A stretch of 32,000 bases of DNA from Patescibacteria group bacterium (lineage in GTDB: Bacteria > Patescibacteriota > Patescibacteriia > 2-01-FULL-39-33). The position numbers were made by a program, and so were the translations under genes. The notes beneath the pieces are model-generated. The model searched no databases. It was not told the origin of the DNA and saw nothing but the letters and a program-made list of their open reading frames with translations. The DNA lies in assembly GCA_041662745.1 (NCBI GenBank), contig JBAZRV010000006.1:1-32000 (forward strand). Reading direction: 5' to 3'. Below, one piece after another: positions 14,033-24,332 of the stretch (within the stretch, counting starts at the first letter, position 1; each line of letters begins with the position of its first letter).

Positions 14033-16318
14033 ATGTTTGCAAACAAAAAATTCCAAACCGAATTCGGCGGCAGAACTTTAACCGTAGAACTCGGCAAACT
14101 GGCTCACCAATGCAATGGCGCAGCCCTGGTTTCTTATGGCGAAACCGTTATCTTGGCCACCGCCGTTATGGGCAAAGAACCCAGAATGGGTATTGACTTC
14201 TTTCCGTTGCAAATAGAAATGGTGGAAAAGATGTACGCCGCCGGCAAAATCAAAGGTTCCAAGTTCGTCAAACGCGACGGCCGCCCGACCGATAACGCCA
14301 TTTTAGACGGCCGCATGATTGACCGCGGCATTCGCCCGCTCTTCAATCAAGAAATGCGCCACGAGGTGCAAGTCGCCACTACCGTCTTGTCTTATGACGA
14401 GGAGAACTCTGTTGATGTCTTGGCGATTACCGCCGGCTCATTGGCCCTGCATATTTCCGATATCCCTTGGCGCGGCCCCTTGGTCGGCGTCTGCGTCGGC
14501 CGTGTTAACGGCGAACTCATTCTTAACCCAACCGAAAGCCAATTGAAAGAATCTGATTTTAAATTGATTTTCTCGGCCGGTTATGACAAAGTTTTGATGA
14601 TTGACGCTGAAGGCAAAGAAATCACCGAGGCGGATATGGCTCAAGCCATTGGCTTCGGACTCAAAGCTATCAAACCGCTGTTAGATTTCATTGAAAGCAT
14701 CAGAAAAGAAATCGGACTGGGGAAAAAAGACGAGGCCAAATTAGTTGAAGCCGCTTGGGCCAACATGGAAATCACCTTGGCCGAGAAAAAAGCGACTTTT
14801 GAGGAAGCCAAGAAATTCTTTGCGCCCCAACTGGACAAATACCTGTTCAACCAGCCCAAAGGCACCAAACGCGAACGCAAGGCCGTGGCTGAAAAACTCT
14901 TGGATTTGTTCATTGAACAACTGAAAGCCAAAAATACTCACGAAGAGATTATTGCTTATATCAAAGAAAACTTTGATTTGTATTTGGAAGACGAAGTAAC
15001 CAAGGCCATCTTAGATAAAGACTTAAGAATTGACGGCCGCGGCGTTACTGACATTAGACCCTTATCGGCTAACGTCGGCATCCTGCCCCGCACCCATGGC
15101 ACCGGCTTGTTCCAGCGCGGTGAAACCCAAATCCTGTCCGTTGTTACTTTGGGCGCGCCCGGCGATGCTCAAATTTTGGATGAAATGACCCAGGATGACA
15201 CCAAAAAAACTTACATCCACCATTATAGTTCCGCCCCCTTCGCTTATGGCGAACCGGGACGTTTTGGCTCACCCGGACGCCGCGAGATCGGCCACGGCGC
15301 TTTGGCGGAAAAAGCTTTGATTCCGGTTTTGCCGGACAAAGAGAAATTCCCTTACACCATCTTAGTCGTCTCCGAAGTCATGGGCTCTAACGGCTCATCT
15401 TCCATGGCCTCTACTTGCGGTTCCACTTTGGCCTTAATGGATGCCGGCGTACCCATCAAAAAACCGGTGGCCGGAATCGCCATGGGCCTCGCTTCTGATG
15501 GCCAGCGCAACAAGGTCATTACTGATTTGCAGGATTTTGAAGACGGTCCCGGCGGCATGGATTTCAAAGTTACCGGTACTGCCGATGGCATTACTGCCAT
15601 CCAAATGGACACCAAAACAGACGGATTATCCATAGACTTATGCGTTGAATCCCTGGCTCGCGCCAAAGAAGCGCGCCTGAAAATTTTAGACGTAATTACC
15701 AACGCTATTCCTGAACCGCGTTCCGATTTATCGCCATACGCTCCTCGCATCATCTGCTTACGCATTGATCCGGAAAAAATCGGCGCGGTTATCGGCGCCG
15801 GCGGCAAGGTTATCAACAAAATTATTGAAGAATGCGGCGTTCAGATTGATATTGATGATGACGGCATTGTCGCTATTACCGGCGTCGGCCAAGAAAGCAT
15901 GGACAAGGCCGTGGCTTGGATTGAAGGCTTAGTCAAAGAAGTGGAACCGGGTGAGATTTACACCGGCAAAGTGGTCCGCCTGATGGACTTTGGCGCTTTC
16001 GTAGAAATCCTGCCGGGCCAGGACGGCTTAGTGCATATTTCCGAATTCTCCAACAACCGCGTAGACAAAATAACCGATGTAGCCAACATCGGCGACGAAC
16101 TGACTGTTAAAGTCATTGAAATAGACGACAAGGGTCGCATCAATTTATCAGTCAAGCAGGCTGATCCGAATTATAATCCGGCCGAAGACATGCGTCGCCC
16201 GCGCAGCGATAGCGGCGATCGTCCCGGCGGACGGGGCGGTTTCAATCGCGACCGCGATCGCGGCGGGTTCGGCGGACAAAGACGGCGCGATAATGATCGC
16301 GGCGGGTTCCGACGCTAA
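14033..16318 (+). CDS. pnp: Polyribonucleotide nucleotidyltransferase (PNPase)
   Basis: RPH domains, KH region (IGAVIGAGGKVINKI), S1 domain (GKVVRLMDFGAFVEILPGQDGLVHISE); directly downstream of rpsO. Confidence 0.97.
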   Translation: MFANKKFQTEFGGRTLTVELGKLAHQCNGAALVSYGETVILATAVMGKEPRMGIDFFPLQIEMVEKMYAAGKIKGSKFVKRDGRPTDNAILDGRMIDRGIRPLFNQEMRHEVQVATTVLSYDEENSVDVLAITAGSLALHISDIPWRGPLVGVCVGRVNGELILNPTESQLKESDFKLIFSAGYDKVLMIDAEGKEITEADMAQAIGFGLKAIKPLLDFIESIRKEIGLGKKDEAKLVEAAWANMEITLAEKKATFEEAKKFFAPQLDKYLFNQPKGTKRERKAVAEKLLDLFIEQLKAKNTHEEIIAYIKENFDLYLEDEVTKAILDKDLRIDGRGVTDIRPLSANVGILPRTHGTGLFQRGETQILSVVTLGAPGDAQILDEMTQDDTKKTYIHHYSSAPFAYGEPGRFGSPGRREIGHGALAEKALIPVLPDKEKFPYTILVVSEVMGSNGSSSMASTCGSTLALMDAGVPIKKPVAGIAMGLASDGQRNKVITDLQDFEDGPGGMDFKVTGTADGITAIQMDTKTDGLSIDLCVESLARAKEARLKILDVITNAIPEPRSDLSPYAPRIICLRIDPEKIGAVIGAGGKVINKIIEECGVQIDIDDDGIVAITGVGQESMDKAVAWIEGLVKEVEPGEIYTGKVVRLMDFGAFVEILPGQDGLVHISEFSNNRVDKITDVANIGDELTVKVIEIDDKGRINLSVKQADPNYNPAEDMRRPRSDSGDRPGGRGGFNRDRDRGGFGGQRRRDNDRGGFRR

Positions 16319-16345
16319 TATCAAACCGATTAAACATACCCAAGA

Positions 16346-17704
16346 ATGATTGCTCTGCTTATTATCAAGCTGAAACAAATCTCTCACCGATCCCGGCTTC
16401 TGGCCGGGATTTCGGTAGGAGTTGTTTTTTTTCTTATCTTAATCAATCTGTTAAACGGTTTAAACAGCAATGATAAACTGGTTAGATTCGTCCGACCCAA
16501 CACCACCTTTTACTTATCGCTTAATCTCAGTTCAGCGGAAAAGTCCCTGGCCGGCCTAAAAATAATTGACCGCCTCTTGGCCGGCTATCAATTAACCGAT
16601 CTTAACCGCCATTGGCTCAAATCAAACCTGGGCCAAATTTGTTTGGCTGATAATAACAATCAATCTTGTTTTTTGCTGTTTGATGCCAGAAAAACCCAGG
16701 AAATTCAAAATTATCTGGCAAAAAAAAATATTCCCTATCGACGCTTCGGTAAAACCTTCGCCATTGCCGACAGCCGAGAAAAATTAAAGTCGCTTAGGAC
16801 CAATCTGTTGATCTCCCCCCTAAAGCCTCATGATAAGATTAATCGTCCGCGGGATATTACGGTTTATCTGCGTCCGCAAACCGGCAATAGCCCCAAAATG
16901 CTAAAAATAATTTCCTTAACTACTGCTGACCGAGGCGGCTTGTCTTGGCACGGCAAACTTTCCGGCCCCGCCATCAGTTTAATCGGCGATCAATCTTCGT
17001 TTCCTTTGTTGTCCTGGCCCATTATTTCCACCGAACAGTTGCCTAAAAATAGAAAAGACGCCGATTTAACCCTGGTTCTATCCGAACCGATCAAATTCTG
17101 GCAACAATGGCACAAAATAATTTCTTCCTCTCTGCCCAAAGACTACCAACTTCAAGAAAAAATTACCGCTCAACTGAAAAAATCGTACGGCTTTGATCCG
17201 ACTGATCGCCTTTGGAGCCAATTAGCCTCCCAACCGCTGACGATTATAGCCAAATCTCGTTCGGCTTCCGGCGAAGATCTGCTAAGTGGTTATGATTGGT
17301 CGTTATTTTTATCCGCCGGCCGAGTTCTGTCTGCCACAGATATGGAAAAAATAGAAACTATGATGAAAAAGCTGGTTTCTCGCCGTCAACCTCAAGTTCA
17401 AACGATTTATTTAAGCGATGGTACGCCGGTTGCCGAGTTGTTAAGCGGCGGCGAACCGCAAGAATCAAGCACTGATGACGGCCAACGCTTCTTTTCCAAC
17501 TCCGATCAGTCATTTATTCTGTTTTATTCAACCGAAAACGACAAATTAGAAATGGGGAACAGCCTTTCCTGGCAACCATCCCGAATATTGGATGATAAAA
17601 ATTACCTAAAAATCAATCTGCAAGCCTTCAAAACATACACCAATCCGGTTTTGGCTGATTTCAACTGGCTGGAATCCAGGGGCAATAAAGTGATAATCTA
17701 TTAA
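16346..17704 (+). CDS. Hypothetical single-pass membrane-anchored protein (452 aa)
   Basis: N-terminal TM segment LLAGISVGVVFFLILINLL and a long soluble region. No confident family. Confidence 0.65.
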   Translation: MIALLIIKLKQISHRSRLLAGISVGVVFFLILINLLNGLNSNDKLVRFVRPNTTFYLSLNLSSAEKSLAGLKIIDRLLAGYQLTDLNRHWLKSNLGQICLADNNNQSCFLLFDARKTQEIQNYLAKKNIPYRRFGKTFAIADSREKLKSLRTNLLISPLKPHDKINRPRDITVYLRPQTGNSPKMLKIISLTTADRGGLSWHGKLSGPAISLIGDQSSFPLLSWPIISTEQLPKNRKDADLTLVLSEPIKFWQQWHKIISSSLPKDYQLQEKITAQLKKSYGFDPTDRLWSQLASQPLTIIAKSRSASGEDLLSGYDWSLFLSAGRVLSATDMEKIETMMKKLVSRRQPQVQTIYLSDGTPVAELLSGGEPQESSTDDGQRFFSNSDQSFILFYSTENDKLEMGNSLSWQPSRILDDKNYLKINLQAFKTYTNPVLADFNWLESRGNKVIIY

Positions 17705-17845
17705 ACCACAAAGAATAACAGCTGTTGATAAGATGTGTATAACTTTACTAAAAACTGCCATTTATAATAAAAAATATTTTGTATTTTTCTACACTATATT
17801 ATTTTTTAGCTAAATTAAAACATTTTATTTATACTTGCCAAAGTT

Positions 17846-17874
17846 TTGACCGTGTTGTCAAAAACTGATATAAT
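17846..17874 (+). promoter_or_regulatory. Sigma70-type promoter of an orphan transcription unit
   Basis: TTGACC (17846-17851), 17 nt, TATAAT (17869-17874). Confidence 0.75.
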
Positions 17875-17880
17875 ATCAAC

Positions 17881-18377
17881 AGGAGGCAAAGATAACGCTT
17901 CCAACGCACATTAGGGTCATAACAATGACCGCAGATATAGAAACCTGGCAATAAAGATACGTTAGCCCCAATAAGCCAAATATAAGTCTCTCTTGGCTCT
18001 CACGGCTAAACATCTCCATAGATTCATATCTTAGACCCAGCTTTCTGCTTTTTATCTGTTAGGCGCATGATGAAGGGACATAAGTCTCACCTTCGCGTCA
18101 GCGAACCTTACAACGCAACAACCCGCTCCCCAATCCGTTTCTCATGACAATTCGCACTGTCCAGGCGTCCAACAATTCCAAAAAGAGCAATTGTGCTCGC
18201 CGCTTCGCGGGTAAAAAGCATAGCCATCTGACTTACGGCTAAAACTCCGATATTCGGATTATTTATTCTCGCCTACTCATCAAGCAGGCGAAAATGAGTA
18301 CTGAGCACCGGATCTCAGTGGGCGCAAGCCAACCATAAGTAATAATTTAAGGTTGCGAATCTTGCGCCCCTTTTTTT
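17881..18377 (+). ncRNA. Candidate large structured non-coding RNA (~500 nt)
   Basis: Promoter and terminator bounded, no ORF, at least ten by-eye hairpins. Confidence 0.6.
18320..18377 (+). terminator. Rho-independent terminator
   Basis: GGGCGCAAG (18320-18328)/CTTGCGCCC (18361-18369) with inner AACC/GGTT, then C-TTTTTTT. Confidence 0.85.
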
Positions 18378-18437
18378 ATTCAAAAAATTTAGGGTAAAAA
18401 ACGATTTTTGTGATAAAATATAATTATACACAACACT

Positions 18438-21002
18438 ATGGCTGGAAAAATCATCACCGATAAAAACTTAAACAGGCTGGATTCCTTGACGGCAGAAAAA
18501 ATCGCCGCCGAATTGGGCTGCTCCCTTTCCGGTTTGACGCGGATAGAAGCGTCAAAACGCCGTTTAACTTACGGTTTAAACACCATTACCAGCGAGGGCA
18601 AGGGCAAGTTAATCTGGGAATTAAGCAAAAAAATACTAAGCCCGCTGGTAATCACGCTTTTAATCGTGGCCGCTTTTTCTTATTTTCTGGGCGAAAAAAT
18701 TTCTGCCATTATCATTATAACAATGGCGCTTATCGGCGTAGTCCTGTCATTTATTCAGGAGTATAGAGCGAAAAAAAACGCCGCCAAACTCAAGGCCATG
18801 GTCCGATTGCATGTTGAAGTTGTTCGTAACAGCAAAACAGCTAAAATCCCGCTGAAAGACTTGGTGCCGGGAGACATAGTTAATCTTTCCGCCGGCAATA
18901 TGATACCGGCAGACATTAAAATCATCTCAGCCAATAACCTTTTCCTTAATCAATCAACCTTAAACGGCGAATCATTCCCTATGGAGAAATGGGCTGTCCC
19001 GCCCAGTCCGGTTAAAACCAACACCCCGATTTATGACCTGCCGACCATTACCTTAATGGGCGCCAGCGTGGCATCGGGTACGGGTAGCGGCTTAGTAATG
19101 GCTACGGGCGCCAACACTGAATTCGGCAAGTTGGCCATTGATGTGGCCGCCAGCGAACCGGAAACCGCTTTTGACAGGGGCATCAGGGACTTCACCTGGA
19201 TGATGATCAAGCTGATCTTCATCTTGATGACTTTCGTTTTTGTCATTAATACCTTATTCAAAGGCAACTTCGTTGATTCTCTGTTATTCTCCTTGGCCGT
19301 TGCCGTCGGTTTGACTCCGGAAATGCTGCCGATGATAGTTACTGTCAATCTTTCGCGAGGCGCCAGGGCTATGGCCCAAAAAATGGTCATCATCAAGCGT
19401 TTAGACTCCATTCAGAATTTCGGCGCCATGGATGTCTTATGCACCGACAAAACCGGCACCTTGACTATGGATGAAATTATCCTGATTAAGCACTCGGACA
19501 TTGAGGGCAAAGAAAAAGAAGAGATTCTGCGCGATGCCTGGATTAACAGCACTTTCCAATCAGGTATGAACAATCTGTTGGATCGAGCGATCATCAAGCA
19601 CCACAAATTTAAAAAATCAGGCTTGAAAAAAATTGACGAAGTGCCCTTTGATTTTGATCGGCGCATTGTCTCGGTAATCATTCAAGACGAAAAAACCGAC
19701 AGATTAATCGCCAAGGGCGCGCCCGAAGAAATCATTAAACGCTGTAACAGCTACGATTTGAACGGGCGCAGATACGCCCTGGATAAAGGAAGAATAAAAC
19801 AGCTGGGACGGCAATATGACAAACTAAGCCGGGACGGCTTTCGTGTTCTGGCCATTGGCTACAAGGAAGTTGACCGCCAACAGAAAAAATTCAGCCAACA
19901 AGATGAAACTAAGCTTGTCTTCCACGGCTTTACTTCCTTCCTGGATCCGCCCAAAGCCAGCACCAAGGAAGCGATCAATAAAATAGAGGGGCTTGGCGTC
20001 AAACTAAAAATTCTCTCCGGCGACAACGAGCATGTAACCCAAAGAATCTGCGAAGAAGTGGGGCTGGACGGCACCGGCGTTATTACCGGCGGCAAAATTG
20101 AACGTTTAAACGATGATGATCTGCGTAAAATAGTAGAAGAAAAAAACATCTTCGCCCGCCTCTTACCGCTTCAAAAAGAACGGGTCATCAAAGCTCTTCA
20201 GGATAACGGCCACGTCGTGGGTTTTTTGGGCGACGGCATCAACGACGCTCCGGCCTTAAAGGCCGCAGATGTGGGAATCTCCGTCAATAACGCCGCGGAT
20301 ATCGCCAAAGAAACGGCGGATATGATCCTGTTGCGTAAAAGCTTATTAGTCTTAGCCGACGGCGTCAAAGAGGGAAGAAGGACTTTCGCCAACACCTTGA
20401 AATACATCAAGATGGGCGCCTCCTCCAATTTCGGCAATATGCTCTCCATCACCGGTGCTTCAATCATTTTGCCCTTTCTGCCGATGTTGCCGCCGCAAAT
20501 CCTGCTGAACAACTTCATGTATGATCTCTCGCAAATCTTTTTGCCGACCGACAATGTGGACGAAGACTATCTGCTCAAGCCTCGTCCTTGGCATATCGCT
20601 TTCATTAAAAAATTCATTCTGATTATCGGGCCGGTTTCTTCTTTGTTTGATTTTATGACTTACGGCCTGATGTGGTTTATATTCAACGGCGCGGCCAACC
20701 CCGCCCTTTTCCGCACCGGCTGGTTCGTAGAATCGCTTTTTACCCAAACCCTGATTATTTACGTCATCCGCACCAACAAAATCCCCTTCCTGCAAAGCCG
20801 TCCCAGCCGCGCCATAGTTTTTGCCACCTTAAGCATTGTCGGTTTAGGCTGTATCCTGCCCTTCACTTCAATCGGCAGATTGTTCCAATTCCAACCGTTG
20901 CCGAGCCTGTACTTCGTCTTATTATTCGGCCTGGGCCTTTTATACTTATCCTTAACCCAATTAGTTAAAATGCTATTTATTAAAAAATACGGCTATGAAT
21001 AA
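18438..21002 (+). CDS. mgtA: Magnesium-type P-type ATPase (MgtA/MgtB family)
   Basis: AVAVGLTPEMLPMIVTVNLSRGARAMA, VIIKRLDSIQNFGAMDVLCTDKTGTLT, GDGINDAPALKAADVGISV. Confidence 0.85.
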   Translation: MAGKIITDKNLNRLDSLTAEKIAAELGCSLSGLTRIEASKRRLTYGLNTITSEGKGKLIWELSKKILSPLVITLLIVAAFSYFLGEKISAIIIITMALIGVVLSFIQEYRAKKNAAKLKAMVRLHVEVVRNSKTAKIPLKDLVPGDIVNLSAGNMIPADIKIISANNLFLNQSTLNGESFPMEKWAVPPSPVKTNTPIYDLPTITLMGASVASGTGSGLVMATGANTEFGKLAIDVAASEPETAFDRGIRDFTWMMIKLIFILMTFVFVINTLFKGNFVDSLLFSLAVAVGLTPEMLPMIVTVNLSRGARAMAQKMVIIKRLDSIQNFGAMDVLCTDKTGTLTMDEIILIKHSDIEGKEKEEILRDAWINSTFQSGMNNLLDRAIIKHHKFKKSGLKKIDEVPFDFDRRIVSVIIQDEKTDRLIAKGAPEEIIKRCNSYDLNGRRYALDKGRIKQLGRQYDKLSRDGFRVLAIGYKEVDRQQKKFSQQDETKLVFHGFTSFLDPPKASTKEAINKIEGLGVKLKILSGDNEHVTQRICEEVGLDGTGVITGGKIERLNDDDLRKIVEEKNIFARLLPLQKERVIKALQDNGHVVGFLGDGINDAPALKAADVGISVNNAADIAKETADMILLRKSLLVLADGVKEGRRTFANTLKYIKMGASSNFGNMLSITGASIILPFLPMLPPQILLNNFMYDLSQIFLPTDNVDEDYLLKPRPWHIAFIKKFILIIGPVSSLFDFMTYGLMWFIFNGAANPALFRTGWFVESLFTQTLIIYVIRTNKIPFLQSRPSRAIVFATLSIVGLGCILPFTSIGRLFQFQPLPSLYFVLLFGLGLLYLSLTQLVKMLFIKKYGYE

Positions 21003-21077
21003 ACCGTAAAAACCAAGCTGCCAAGGTGCGAGCTGATTTGCTCGTACCATTAGAATAAATATAGAACACAAATAAAA

Positions 21078-21115
21078 TCCGTCTGACGAACTGCGCGTCG
21101 GACGGACTTTTTTTA
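21078..21115. terminator. Bidirectional terminator between convergent genes
   Basis: TCCGTC-T-GACG (21078-21088)/CGTC-G-GACGGA (21096-21106) with CTTTTTTT on + and A-rich flank on the other side. Confidence 0.75.
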
Positions 21116-21129
21116 TTATATTTGTTGTA

Positions 21130-24100
21130 TTATTTGCCCAAGTGTTCCGCCTCGGATAATTTTAGCGACAATAATCGGCTGACACCGTCGCCCTGCATAG
21201 TCACGCCGTAAAGCACATCGGATTCGGACATGATGGCGCGATTATGGGTAATGATAACAAACTGCGTCTTATGCGCCAGCTCCTTAACGATACCGGAAAA
21301 CTTAGCTGAATTGCTTTCATCCAACGCCGCGTCTACCTCGTCAAAAAGGATAAACGGCGACGGATTATTATTGATAATGGCGCAAATTAAAGCCAAAGCC
21401 GTCATGGTCTTCTCACCGCCCGAAAGCATGTTAATCGCCCTGATTTTCTTACCGGGCGGACAGGCCTCAATTTCAATACCCATATTAGACAAAAACGATT
21501 TGTCTTCCGGATAAACCGGTTTTCTAACTTCCGGGGCGGCTTCTTCCAACGCTTCAGGCCCGCTCTCTTCCGTCAAAGATCCTGCCAGCGCCGGCTCTTG
21601 CGCCAACTGTTCTCTGATTTTTTCCGCTTCGGTCTTTTCTTCTTCTTTCTGCACTAAAGCCAGCTTAGCGCTGCCACCCTCAAATAGCTGTTTAAAATAA
21701 CGGGAGAAATCTTTATTGATCCTTTCAAACTCTTCTTCAAATTGGATTTTTATCAACTTGTCCAGTTCTTCCACCACTTTCACCAAATCCGTAATAGCCT
21801 GATCCAAATCCAGCGATTGCTCGGATAAAAATTCAAAGCGGGTTTTTACTTCCTCATACTCTTTTTCTATCTCCGGATCAATGCCGCCAATAAGCTCTAA
21901 TTGGCGCTTCAGGCGGTCAATTTTATCCCTGTCTTCGGTTAAATCAACTTCCGAATAATCCTCCTTGCTCTTGAATTGCCAATCCGCTCCCAAACTTTCC
22001 CGGATAGCCGACAATGCATCTTCTCGCCGCGTCTCTATTTTGGCCAACTCCACTTTTACCAGAGACAGCCTCTCATTAATGCCATTTAAATCGGTTTGCA
22101 AGGCGTATGATTCCTGCTGTAAAGAAAAAACTTCCTGTTTTTTGCGTTCTTCATGCAAATTAAAGCCGTCAATTTTTTCACGCAGTCCGGAAATTATTTC
22201 CTCCACCTCCTTTAACTCTTTTTCTTTGGTTTCTCTGCCAAGCAAGATTTCAGATTGAAAATGTTCACGTTCCTGAGGAGTTAACTGCGCTTCTTCAATA
22301 TCTCCCTTAATCTTAACCAATTCCTTTTCCTGGTCATCAATTTCCGCAGTCAGCGATCGGACCTTATCCGAGTCCACCCGGACTTGAACCTTTAAATCGC
22401 CGATTTGCAAAAACAAATTTTCCCGTTCCCGGCGCTGATCTTCCACCTTGGCTTTCAAACTGGCAATCTCTTTGATTTTGGTTTCGGAAGAATATTTCTC
22501 ATCCGGCGCGCGCCACTGCAAACTATCGGTTTTCTTAAAACCGCCGCGCATCATGCCGGACTTTTCCAATACATCGCCGTCTAAAGTCACCATGCGTTCG
22601 CGATTAACGCCGACCGCCTTGGCGCTTGCCAAATCATTAACCACAACAGTGCTGCCGAACACCTGCTCAAAGACTCGCTGATATTTACGCTCATAAGACA
22701 GCAAGTCGCTCGCCAGGCCGAGTACTCCGTTTTCAGTCAGAACATCGGTCGTATCTTGGGAGAGATAAAACTCCTTCAGGCGATTTAAGGGAAAGAAAGT
22801 TACCGGCGGCAGACGGTTGCTTTTTAGCCAATTAATGCACTCAATGGCGTCAGATTCGCTCTCCACCACTACTGCCGACAGCCGATTGCCGGCCGCCGCC
22901 ACCAAAGCGGCCTCGTGTTTGCTGTTCTTGACCCTGCCCAATTCACTGACCGTACCGCAAATGCCGCTAATCCTGTCTTTTAATCCTAAAACCGCCCGAA
23001 CCGCCTCTTGATTATGGTTGAGGCGTCCGCCGGAACGGACGCGGTAAAATTCATCCTGTATGATATCCAGATTATTTTGCCAGACCAGCAACTCATCGGA
23101 CAGCACCTTAACCTGATTTTCCTTTTCACTTAATTTGCCGCTGCTGCCTTCCTGCCGCAATTTGGCGCTCCTGATTTCGGATTGCAAATTTTTTACCCGG
23201 CTCTCCAACTCGGTACGGCGATTCTCCAGCCATGACAGATTCTGTTTGCCGGCTTTGGCATATTCCACTTCCAGCTTGCCGCGCAAGACCGCCAATTCGC
23301 GCATGGTTTCATTCTGCTTGGTCAAAGCTGAATTATACTCCTCCTGCAACTTGTCATATTCTTCGGCGCGGCTGCCTTGCTTGGACAATTCTTCCAATTT
23401 ATTGCGCAACTCGTCTAATTTGCTATCCAAACGCAGACGCTGTTTATCTAAAGTGTTATATTGCAGGGCCAGCTCATCGTAATGTTTCATCAAATCCTGC
23501 CACAACCGGCCGTAATACCTGCTTTGCAAAGTCTTCAACTCTGATTCCAATTCTTGGCGTTGACGCAACTTATTGACTTGGCGAGTCAATGATTTCAAAT
23601 GCGGTTCCAATTCCACTATTAACACCTTGGCTTGTTCCAAATTGTCCCGGGATCGCCTGAGCTTGGACACGGAACGCTCGCGCTTGATTTGATACTGTTT
23701 CACGCCGGTGGCTTCGTCAAAAAAATCCTTGCGTTCCTCATTGCTGTAATTGACAATCTTATCCACCATGCCTTGGCCGATAATGGAATAGGTGTTATGG
23801 CCGAAGTTGGCTTTGGCTAGCAGCATGACGATATCAAATAAGCGCACCTCCGCCTTATTGAGCAGATATTCGGAAGTGCCGTCGCGGTATAATTTTCTGG
23901 TAATGGCCACTTCGGCATAGTCAATCGGCGCCGAGCCGTCCTCGTTATTCAAAAACAAAGACACCTCAGCCAAAGACAACTGCGCCTTCTTGGCTGAGCC
24001 GGAGAAAATCACATCAGTGGCTTTCTTACCGCGCAAAAGCTTGAGCGACTGCTCGCCCAACACCCAGCGCACCGCATCCACCACATTGGACTTGCCCGAA

Positions 24101-24225
24101 CCATTGGGGCCGACAATGGCCGTAATGCCGCAGGTATTGTCCCGCTTGTCCGGGCTGGGGAATTCCAAAATAGTCTTATTGGCGAATGACTTAAAACCAT
24201 GCAGTTCAATGCGCTGTAAATACAT
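21130..24225 (-). CDS. smc: Chromosome segregation protein SMC
   Basis: ELHGFKSFANKT, VGPNGSGKSNVVDAVRWVLGEQ, coiled coils with hinge, LSGGEKTMTALALICAI...FILFDEVDAALD. Confidence 0.95.
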   Translation of the reverse strand: MYLQRIELHGFKSFANKTILEFPSPDKRDNTCGITAIVGPNGSGKSNVVDAVRWVLGEQSLKLLRGKKATDVIFSGSAKKAQLSLAEVSLFLNNEDGSAPIDYAEVAITRKLYRDGTSEYLLNKAEVRLFDIVMLLAKANFGHNTYSIIGQGMVDKIVNYSNEERKDFFDEATGVKQYQIKRERSVSKLRRSRDNLEQAKVLIVELEPHLKSLTRQVNKLRQRQELESELKTLQSRYYGRLWQDLMKHYDELALQYNTLDKQRLRLDSKLDELRNKLEELSKQGSRAEEYDKLQEEYNSALTKQNETMRELAVLRGKLEVEYAKAGKQNLSWLENRRTELESRVKNLQSEIRSAKLRQEGSSGKLSEKENQVKVLSDELLVWQNNLDIIQDEFYRVRSGGRLNHNQEAVRAVLGLKDRISGICGTVSELGRVKNSKHEAALVAAAGNRLSAVVVESESDAIECINWLKSNRLPPVTFFPLNRLKEFYLSQDTTDVLTENGVLGLASDLLSYERKYQRVFEQVFGSTVVVNDLASAKAVGVNRERMVTLDGDVLEKSGMMRGGFKKTDSLQWRAPDEKYSSETKIKEIASLKAKVEDQRRERENLFLQIGDLKVQVRVDSDKVRSLTAEIDDQEKELVKIKGDIEEAQLTPQEREHFQSEILLGRETKEKELKEVEEIISGLREKIDGFNLHEERKKQEVFSLQQESYALQTDLNGINERLSLVKVELAKIETRREDALSAIRESLGADWQFKSKEDYSEVDLTEDRDKIDRLKRQLELIGGIDPEIEKEYEEVKTRFEFLSEQSLDLDQAITDLVKVVEELDKLIKIQFEEEFERINKDFSRYFKQLFEGGSAKLALVQKEEEKTEAEKIREQLAQEPALAGSLTEESGPEALEEAAPEVRKPVYPEDKSFLSNMGIEIEACPPGKKIRAINMLSGGEKTMTALALICAIINNNPSPFILFDEVDAALDESNSAKFSGIVKELAHKTQFVIITHNRAIMSESDVLYGVTMQGDGVSRLLSLKLSEAEHLGK

Positions 24226-24332
24226 AAGTAATAATAATCAATAATCAAGATACGATGACCAAAAACATTGATGGTCAATATACGCAATTACATATATTTT
24301 ATCAAAAAATCAGGAAATCGGCAAAATTAAAA

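Noticed and set aside
18269-18299. A classical H-type pseudoknot from TCGCCT/AGGCGA and ACTCAT/ATGAGT
   Set aside because: The helices interleave, but the connecting loops (0 nt and 2 nt) look too short for both full stems to form at once. I treat them as alternative or partly frayed helices.
13159-18327. 11-nt match AGTGGGCGCAA shared by 13159-13169 and 18317-18327
   Set aside because: Eleven-base matches are expected by chance in 32 kb.
17881-18377. Identity as tmRNA, RNase P RNA or M-box riboswitch
   Set aside because: No GGGG...TTCGAC start or tRNA-like 3' end for tmRNA, no GAGGAAAGTCC core for RNase P, and no recognisable M-box segments. This is a by-eye rejection and needs cmscan.
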